A stretch of DNA of 64,000 nt from Prochlorococcus sp. AG-402-B05 (GTDB lineage: Bacteria; Cyanobacteriota; Cyanobacteriia; PCC-6307; Cyanobiaceae), in NCBI GenBank assembly GCA_003279635.1, contig QCHK01000001.1, positions 5,697-69,696 of the forward strand, written 5' to 3'. Position numbers and translations under genes: made by a program. How positions within the stretch are numbered: the stretch's first letter is position 1; every line of letters starts with the position of its first letter. A model generated the notes under the pieces. The model did not search any database, had not been told where the DNA came from, and saw only the letters and a list, made by a program, of their open reading frames with translations. Below, one piece after another: positions 57,357-64,000 of this stretch.

Positions 57357-57959
57357 TTAACTTTCACTTGGATGTGTAATTACTCGGTCGATTAGACCGT
57401 AATTTTTTGCTTCTTCCGCGCTCAAAAAGTAATCACGATCAGTATCTTTTTCTATCTTTTCATATGTTTGTCCCGTCATCTCTGCCATGGATTTATTGAG
57501 CATTTCTTTGATCCTAAGGATTTCACGTGCTTCAATCTCTATGTCACTTGCTTGTCTTTGCGCAGTACCGCCAAGTGGCTGGTGAATCATTATTCTGCTG
57601 TGGGGTAATGCAAGCCTTTTGCCTTTTGTTCCTGCAGAGAGTAAAAAAGCCCCCATCGAGGCCGCTAACCCAACACAAATAGTTACTAGGTCGCTTTTTA
57701 CATATTTCATCGTGTCATAGATCGCTAAACCCGCGGTTACGGACCCTCCAGGACTATTGATATACAAATAGATTGGCTTGCTACTATCTTCAGAATCAAG
57801 ATAAAGCATTTGAGCTACTAGGCTATTTGCAATTCCATCGTTTACTTCTTGACCAAGAAAAAGAATTCTTTCTGCACCAAGTCTTGTGTAAATATCAACC
57901 CATCTTTCGAATTGACTTCCTGGAAGACGGTATGGAACGCTTGGGGTACCTATTGGCAT
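57357..57959 (-). CDS. clpP: ATP-dependent Clp protease proteolytic subunit (ClpP3-type, partner of ClpR)
   Basis: Catalytic Ser in [11 protein letters not shown], His in IMIHQPLGG, and Asp in TDRDYFLSA. Confidence 0.95.
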   Translation of the reverse strand: MPIGTPSVPYRLPGSQFERWVDIYTRLGAERILFLGQEVNDGIANSLVAQMLYLDSEDSSKPIYLYINSPGGSVTAGLAIYDTMKYVKSDLVTICVGLAASMGAFLLSAGTKGKRLALPHSRIMIHQPLGGTAQRQASDIEIEAREILRIKEMLNKSMAEMTGQTYEKIEKDTDRDYFLSAEEAKNYGLIDRVITHPSES

Positions 57960-58017
57960 GGTTAATTCAGTTAGTAGTTGAGGGTAATGATTTTAAAAAT
58001 TTGTAGAAATAATTTGT

Positions 58018-58692
58018 TTATGTGGGTAAAACTTTCTCGCCTGGTAAGTCTTTTCTACTAGTAAGAACGCGATCTATAATCCCATAATCAACTGCTTCAT
58101 AAGGGTTCAAATAACTCATTCGATCGGAGTCTTTGGATAATTGATCTACTGATCTTCCAGTGTTATGACTAAGTATTTCTAGCATTGCTTTCTTATTGTG
58201 AATAACCTCATTCGCTCTGATTTGAATATCAGTTGCTTGGCCTTGAGCACCACTTCTAGGCTGATGAAGGACAATAGAGGCATGAGGTAACGCTGCACGT
58301 TGCCCTTTTGTCCCTGCTGAGAGAATTACTGCGGCTGTTCCCATCGCTTGGCCTATACAAATAGTGTGCACGGGAGGCTTTACGTATCTGAGAGTGTCGC
58401 AGATTGCAAAGGCTTCAGTTTCAAATCCGATCGCATCTCCTGTGTACCAGCTCGTTCCAGTTGAGTTTATATAAAAATAAATAGGTTTTTCAGAATTATC
58501 AAATTCCAGAAAAAGAAGTTGAGCAATAATTAGTTCAGTTACATCCATTCCAAGTTGCCTTTTTGCATCATCATCGGAAAATAATGGTAGGCCTAAATAA
58601 ACTATCCTTTCTTTTAGAAGAAGTGATGGTAAATCAGGGGGGGGAGTTCTCATTACGGCAGAATCGCCATAATATGGGGAAGATGTGGTCAT
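58018..58692 (-). CDS. clpR: ClpR, non-catalytic ClpP paralogue
   Basis: ClpP fold, but the Ser position reads GQAMGTAAVIL (Gly) and the Asp position reads SDRMSYL. Lies directly upstream of clpP on the same strand. Confidence 0.85.
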   Translation of the reverse strand: MTTSSPYYGDSAVMRTPPPDLPSLLLKERIVYLGLPLFSDDDAKRQLGMDVTELIIAQLLFLEFDNSEKPIYFYINSTGTSWYTGDAIGFETEAFAICDTLRYVKPPVHTICIGQAMGTAAVILSAGTKGQRAALPHASIVLHQPRSGAQGQATDIQIRANEVIHNKKAMLEILSHNTGRSVDQLSKDSDRMSYLNPYEAVDYGIIDRVLTSRKDLPGEKVLPT

Positions 58693-58736
58693 ATGGAGTT
58701 AAGTCTTCTTGGATTCGAGCCTAGCTAGATCTAGCC

Positions 58737-59840
58737 TTAAGATGCTTTTGTTTTTTCATTTTTGTTCGGGGGCTGATCATTTGAAGCTTTACTAAAAACC
58801 ATTCGGCCAGTCGGAGTTTGTAATGCTCCAGTCACAATTACTTCTATTCTTTTACCGATCCATTGGAGACCCTCCTCGATAACTACCATTGTTCCATCTT
58901 CAAGATAAGCAATACCTTGTGAGTTTTCCTTACCTTCTCTAACTACTTTTAAATTTAACTTCTCACCAGGTTGAACTTCAGGCCTTACTGCAAGTACTAA
59001 ATCACTTAAGTTAAGCACTTTTATTTCTTGGACTAGAGCTACTTGAGATAAGTTGTAATCGACAGTGATTAATATTCCTGAAATATCTGAGGTTAATTTT
59101 AAAAGAACTTCATCAGTTCCTTCCCCTTCATATCTTGTACTGTTTATAACCAATCTTCTTCCATAACTTTCTCTTAATTGGTTAAGCAATTTTAGTCCTC
59201 TTCTTCCTTTTCCTCTTTTTTCGTTGTTACTTGAGTCAGATAGTTTTTGTAGCTCATCCATAACTGATTGGGCTACGATTATTTGCCCTTCTATAAGTCC
59301 AAATCTGAGGAGAGCTTGAATACGACCATCAATTATTACACTGGTATCTAAAACTTTTGCACTGGCTGGAGTTAGAATCCCATCTGCCATTAACAAAGAT
59401 TCAGTGCTATTTGGATTGAACAGACGTAAAACGGTTCGTCCATGAACATCGGCAAGGTTATATCCCAGTACTCCAAAAAAAATGTTGCTAAGTACAGCAA
59501 AAATAGGCTTTACAAAAAATAATTCAGAAGGTAATGGTAAAAGAAGTACAGGAACTAATAAAAGGGTTGCTATGACAAGTCCAAGAACTATGCCAACAGA
59601 TCTACTAACTAGTAGATCTGTTGGCATAGTTCTTATTCTTTTAGTTAATTTATTTCTAAATTGCTGAAAAAGGAAGGCTATTAAAAGGCCTATAAGAGCG
59701 GTTAATCCTGATAAAGCAATTTTTAAATTTCTGAGATTAGTTATATGATCTAAAGTCTCTTCAGGTAACCAATTTACTCCAATCCATCCGGTGATTCCAC
59801 CTGATATGAGAAATAAAACCAGAATAACTAGGTCTGCCAT
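58737..59840 (-). CDS. Membrane-anchored PIN-domain / TRAM-domain protein (YacL-like)
   Basis: Four N-terminal TM helices, a PIN-like core (VLDTSVIIDGRI), and a C-terminal TRAM-like beta domain. Confidence 0.8.
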   Translation of the reverse strand: MADLVILVLFLISGGITGWIGVNWLPEETLDHITNLRNLKIALSGLTALIGLLIAFLFQQFRNKLTKRIRTMPTDLLVSRSVGIVLGLVIATLLLVPVLLLPLPSELFFVKPIFAVLSNIFFGVLGYNLADVHGRTVLRLFNPNSTESLLMADGILTPASAKVLDTSVIIDGRIQALLRFGLIEGQIIVAQSVMDELQKLSDSSNNEKRGKGRRGLKLLNQLRESYGRRLVINSTRYEGEGTDEVLLKLTSDISGILITVDYNLSQVALVQEIKVLNLSDLVLAVRPEVQPGEKLNLKVVREGKENSQGIAYLEDGTMVVIEEGLQWIGKRIEVIVTGALQTPTGRMVFSKASNDQPPNKNEKTKAS

Positions 59841-59948
59841 ATATTCAGGTTATGCTTGCTTTTCGTTTTTTACTAAAGCTTTATTTATTTTCAAAGATTT
59901 GGATTGTAAAAGTGACCATTTATTTGGGTTTGTATATTTGGAGCTCAA

Positions 59949-61181
59949 ATGGTAGGCCCACCAAGAAGTGCATATTTGCATATACCCTTTTGCCATAAAA
60001 GATGTTTTTACTGTGATTTTTCGATTATCCCCTTAGGTGATAGCGCTCAAGATCCAGATAGTCCAAGGATAACTTCTATTAACGCATATTTGGATTTACT
60101 TCATAGAGAGATTTCAATTGCCCCGAAAGGTCCTGCATTATCAACGATCTATTTGGGCGGTGGCACCCCTTCTTTATTAACAAAAAATGAGGTGGGTGAT
60201 TTGTTGAAAAATCTTCAAAGAAAATTTGGATTTCAAGATGGTGCAGAGATAACTATGGAGGTTGATCCAGCAACATTTTTTGAAAATGACCTGAATGGAT
60301 ACATAGGAATTGGAATTAATAGATTTAGCTTGGGTGCTCAGTCATTTGATGACAGTACTTTGGCTTCAATTGGTAGAAAACATAATCGATCACAATTAAT
60401 TGAGGCTTGTGATTGGGTCAATAAATTATTTAAAAAAGGAGTGCTAAGAAGCTGGAGTCTTGATTTGATTCAAAATCTTCCAGGACTAAATTTGTCCAAG
60501 TGGATTAAAGAGTTGGAACAAGCAGTTCTTTCGGAGGCCCCTCACTTGTCAATTTATGATTTAACTATCGAACCAGATACTGTTTTTGGAAGACTTCATA
60601 AAAAAGGGAATTTAAATATCCCAATTGATTCTGAAGCGCAAAAAATAGATTTTGAAACTAATAGATTACTGAAAAGTAGAGGTTTCGCTAGATACGAGAT
60701 TTCAAGTTATTCATTGCCTGGTCATGTGTCTAGACATAATCGCATGTATTGGAGTGGCTCTGGTTGGTGGGGCTTTGGGATGGGGGCGACAAGTGCTCCT
60801 TGGGGGGAAAGATTTTCTAGACCAAGAACAATTGCTGGTTATAAAAAATGGCTTGAACAGCAAGAGAGTCACTTATTAGAGAAAACTTTGTCAAATGAAA
60901 AGTCAAAACCAATGCCATTGGATGAACTTCTGATGATTGGTCTCAGAAAACGTGAGGGTGTTCATCTGGAGGAACTTGCTGAAAATGCTGGATGGACTCA
61001 AAAAGAATGCGAAAAAAATTTAAAATCACTGGAAAATTTCTGGGTAAATTCTATAAATGAAGGATCTCTGTTAAGACACAATGGTAGATATTTTTTAAGT
61101 GATCCAAAGGGAATGCAAATTAGCAATCAGATTTTGATTGAGATGTTTTTGTGGTGGGATTCACTTGATCGAGATCAGTAG
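59949..61181 (+). CDS. hemW: Radical SAM HemN-like protein (heme chaperone HemW type)
   Basis: [10 protein letters not shown] (CxxxCxxC) and GGGTPSLL motifs. Confidence 0.85.
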   Translation: MVGPPRSAYLHIPFCHKRCFYCDFSIIPLGDSAQDPDSPRITSINAYLDLLHREISIAPKGPALSTIYLGGGTPSLLTKNEVGDLLKNLQRKFGFQDGAEITMEVDPATFFENDLNGYIGIGINRFSLGAQSFDDSTLASIGRKHNRSQLIEACDWVNKLFKKGVLRSWSLDLIQNLPGLNLSKWIKELEQAVLSEAPHLSIYDLTIEPDTVFGRLHKKGNLNIPIDSEAQKIDFETNRLLKSRGFARYEISSYSLPGHVSRHNRMYWSGSGWWGFGMGATSAPWGERFSRPRTIAGYKKWLEQQESHLLEKTLSNEKSKPMPLDELLMIGLRKREGVHLEELAENAGWTQKECEKNLKSLENFWVNSINEGSLLRHNGRYFLSDPKGMQISNQILIEMFLWWDSLDRDQ

Positions 61182-61938
61182 AATTAATCCATTCTTTTAG
61201 GGCATTTATGCAAAGTTCTCGTCCTGCAAGTAAAGGTTTTGCAAAAGGAGGCTGCGCAATAGAAAGGCCAAGAATATCAGCTGTAACTCTTACCTGCCCA
61301 TCACAATCACTTCCAGCTCCAATGCCAATCACAGGAATATCTATATGTTTTTTTAATCGGCTTGCAATTTCTCCTGGAATATGTTCTAGAACTATTGCAA
61401 AACATCCTGATTCTTGAAGCACTTTTGAATCTTTAAAAATTTTTTCTTGACTATTTTTATCCCTTGCTTGTGATTTATATCCTAGTTGATGAACTGACTG
61501 CGGAGTTAGGCCAAGATGCCCCATTACTGGGATCCCCATTCTAATAAGTCTTTTAATTACTAATAAAGTCTCAGGTTCTGCCCCTTCGAGCTTCACTGCT
61601 GAAGCAGAAGAGTTTTTCAGGAGAGTTCCAGCCGCTTCAACTGCCTTGTCTTCTCCGCATTGATAGCTTAAAAAAGGGAGATCACAAACTACTAGGGGTT
61701 GTTTTGAAAGAGGCTTACAAAAACCTCTACAAACAGCCTTTGTGTGGTGAAGCATTTGATCAAGTGTTACCGGAAGTGTCGTTGAGTGTCCCAAGACAAC
61801 CATTCCAAGAGAATCTCCCACCAGAACAACATCAGCTCCTGCGGCCTCGACTATTGAGGATGAAATAGCATCCCAAGCAGTTAATACAGTTATCTGTTTA
61901 CCCAACTTTTTAAAATGAACCAATTCTGTGGTTTGCAT
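61120..61938 (-). CDS. panB: 3-methyl-2-oxobutanoate hydroxymethyltransferase
   Basis: [10 protein letters not shown]...[14 protein letters not shown]...KLEG motifs. Confidence 0.9.
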   Translation of the reverse strand: MQTTELVHFKKLGKQITVLTAWDAISSSIVEAAGADVVLVGDSLGMVVLGHSTTLPVTLDQMLHHTKAVCRGFCKPLSKQPLVVCDLPFLSYQCGEDKAVEAAGTLLKNSSASAVKLEGAEPETLLVIKRLIRMGIPVMGHLGLTPQSVHQLGYKSQARDKNSQEKIFKDSKVLQESGCFAIVLEHIPGEIASRLKKHIDIPVIGIGAGSDCDGQVRVTADILGLSIAQPPFAKPLLAGRELCINALKEWINSTDLDQVNPTTKTSQSKSDC

Positions 61939-61978
61939 TTAATTCTTAATAACGTGTTTAGCTATTGCTAGAATATTA

Positions 61979-62077
61979 GTGACTCGGCCCCATGCGGCTG
62001 TGACGCTTAAACCTGGTCAGGACCGGAAGGTAGCAGCCATACGGGATGCTCACAGCAGGCGTGGACTCCGGGTCACC
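61979..62077 (+). ncRNA. ffs: Signal recognition particle RNA (4.5S-type)
   Basis: CCUGGUCAGGACCGGAAGGUAGCAGCCA matches the conserved SRP domain IV core. The terminal helix GUGACUCGG (61979-61987) / CCGGGUCAC (62068-62076) closes a long hairpin. Confidence 0.85.
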
Positions 62078-62107
62078 TTAATCTTAGTAAGTTGAAGTTG
62101 ATAAGTC

Positions 62108-63217
62108 TCAACGATTTTGTCTTAGACGTAAAAACTCAGGGATTGAGGCCCCCGATTCCCTTGCTTCTGATTGTTCGTAAAGTGATTGAGGGGAAAGTCT
62201 TGCTCTATTCCTTTCATTTGAATAAATTTGATTACTGTCGAACCCAGTAGCAATAACGGTTACTTGAATCTCCCCCTCAAGTTTTTCATCAACAACTGTA
62301 CCTACAATGATATTCGCTTCTGGATCTACAACATCGGATATAACCTCAGAGGCAGATGTCATATCTTCAAGAGTCATATCTCTCCCTCCAGTTATATTTA
62401 TCACACATCCTTTTGCACCATCTATTCGAGCTGCTTCTAAAAGAGGACTATTGATTGCTGCTTGAGCTGCTTCCAGAGCTCTTGACCTTCCAGAGCCTAA
62501 ACCAATTCCTAAAAGCGCAGTACCAGCTTCAGTCATAACAGAACGCACATCAGCAAAATCTACATTCACCAATCCAGGACAAGTAATTATGTCGCTTATT
62601 CCTTGAACTCCTTTCATAAGAACATCATCAGCGCTTCTGAAGGCTTCTTGCAAAGGGGCTCCTGAAATTACATCTTTTAATCTGTCGTTTGGGATAACAA
62701 TTAACGTATCAACATTCTCTGCAAGCCTTGCGATACCTTCATCAGCTTGTCTTAAACGACGCTTACCTTCAAAACTAAATGGTTTTGTAACTATTCCTAC
62801 TGTCAAAGCTCCACTTTCTTTCGCAACTTGAGCCACGACAGGGGCTGCTCCAGTTCCAGTACCTCCTCCCATACCAGCGGCTATAAATACTAGGTCAACT
62901 CCTTCTAAGGCTTGTTGAAGATCAGCTCTCGATTCTTCTGCTGCCTTTTGCCCAATGCTTGGATTGCCCCCAGCCCCAAGACCTCTAGTTAAGCTTTGGC
63001 CAAGCTGAACTCTATGAGTAGCGGATGATTGGATAAGAGCTTGAGCGTCTGTGTTAAGCACTCGATAGGTGACTCCATCAAGGTCACTATTAATCATTCG
63101 GTTGACGGCATTACTTCCACCACCCCCAACGCCAATGACCTCAATACGTGCAGATTGACTGGGTAGGATTCCTTCGTCCATGTTGAAACTAGATTTGTTT
63201 CCCATTCCCATCACCAT
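62108..63217 (-). CDS. ftsZ: Cell division protein FtsZ
   Basis: Tubulin signature [11 protein letters not shown], plus N-terminal [15 protein letters not shown]. Confidence 0.95.
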   Translation of the reverse strand: MVMGMGNKSSFNMDEGILPSQSARIEVIGVGGGGSNAVNRMINSDLDGVTYRVLNTDAQALIQSSATHRVQLGQSLTRGLGAGGNPSIGQKAAEESRADLQQALEGVDLVFIAAGMGGGTGTGAAPVVAQVAKESGALTVGIVTKPFSFEGKRRLRQADEGIARLAENVDTLIVIPNDRLKDVISGAPLQEAFRSADDVLMKGVQGISDIITCPGLVNVDFADVRSVMTEAGTALLGIGLGSGRSRALEAAQAAINSPLLEAARIDGAKGCVINITGGRDMTLEDMTSASEVISDVVDPEANIIVGTVVDEKLEGEIQVTVIATGFDSNQIYSNERNRARLSPQSLYEQSEARESGASIPEFLRLRQNR

Positions 63218-63374
63218 ATTCAGGATTAGAACTCATTTTGGGCATTATGAACATCATCCATGAATTCTGTTGGCTTATAGGTTCAAATTGATTTACAAAT
63301 TAATTCCCATGATTGACCCTGAATTGACCAGGACATATTAAAGATCTCTAAAGAGTCATGTTATAGTAAGGGTT

Positions 63375-64000
63375 TCACCTTCCATCGTTCAGTATTCTTT
63401 CTACTTTTAATTCTGGTTTGGTTGGATCTTTCAGATCCACGATTTTTACTTTTGTGTTGATTAAAAGATTTGGTAATGATTTTTGTAGCTGGTTGAGTTT
63501 GTTAATTTGCTCGATTAAGCGATCAGTTCCTGAGCCTAAAAGGACTAAATCAAAGTGCTTGGTTTTTAGGCTGATTTCTTGAAGAGGATTTATTTTGATT
63601 TTTTGAAGAGGGCTTTGGAAAATAGATCTATTTTTTATAATAAGGATGATTTCTTTTTTTTTATTTGGATTCCAATTCTCAATAGATAATTTTATTTTAT
63701 TTTGTTTAGATTTATTTACAAATTGGAGCGGTATCCAAGATCCTTCAATATCAATCATTCCTTTTTCAATATTGTTTGAAAAAACTCGACTTGCAAATGC
63801 GATTGGCTCTCTTTCTAAAACATTTATATGAATTTCTGGAGGAAAAAACTTTCGATTTACTGAAACTCCTTTAATAGGAAACTTTTTTTTTAAATAAGAT
63901 TCAACTTCTTTTGGATTTAATTCCAACAAATTTTTAGGATAAAAAATACTTGTGGTTTTTTTGATATCGTTTTTTGTTATTCCAGATAAACCTGTGATTT
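63375..64000 (-). CDS. ftsQ: Cell division protein FtsQ/DivIB-like (POTRA); 5' end lies outside the window
   Basis: The frame stays open past the track start (63929) to the window edge (...ITGLSGITKNDIKKTTSIFYPKN-LELNPKEV...). INVLEREPIAF is POTRA-like. Lies immediately upstream of ftsZ. Confidence 0.75.
   Translation of the reverse strand, partial: ITGLSGITKNDIKKTTSIFYPKNLLELNPKEVESYLKKKFPIKGVSVNRKFFPPEIHINVLEREPIAFASRVFSNNIEKGMIDIEGSWIPLQFVNKSKQNKIKLSIENWNPNKKKEIILIIKNRSIFQSPLQKIKINPLQEISLKTKHFDLVLLGSGTDRLIEQINKLNQLQKSLPNLLINTKVKIVDLKDPTKPELKVERILNDGR

Overview
Visibly AT-rich chromosomal segment. Its gene content (kaiB-kaiC with no kaiA, several tiny hli genes, clpR-clpP3, an nblS-type kinase, bamA-lpxC-fabZ-lpxA-lpxB, ftsQ-ftsZ) points to a high-light-adapted Prochlorococcus-type marine picocyanobacterium. 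This is inference, since no database search was possible. From about 12 kb to 64 kb the window is tightly packed housekeeping core: murD, serA, prmA, rnz, truB, L21/L27, the kai clock, purD/purC, the lipid A cluster, pepA, tyrS, pyrF, plsY, mlaE, glgX, hup, ilvC, clp, hemW, panB, ftsZ. It also holds two tRNAs (Val-GAC, Gly-UCC) and an SRP RNA. The first 12 kb looks accessory: many micro-ORFs below the 60-aa cutoff of the ORF track, four HLIP (hli) genes, stress-type genes (OsmC, DoxX), and an unusual GAF protein. I saw no CRISPR array, transposase, integrase, phage structural gene or recognisable defence operon, and I cannot support a claim of a clear new multi-gene system. The observations most worth follow-up are: (1) a structured leader plus 33-codon ORF that looks like a glutamine-II riboswitch (Downstream-peptide) unit; (2) an HLR1/RpaB box in front of an hli triplet missing from the ORF track; (3) an hli copy with an in-frame stop; (4) a GAF sensor with a C-terminal Cys/His module; (5) a small-gene trio containing a DUF2958-like protein and a very acidic protein; (6) a stand-alone NdhF N-terminal fragment; (7) a 690-nt ORF-poor region upstream of hup.
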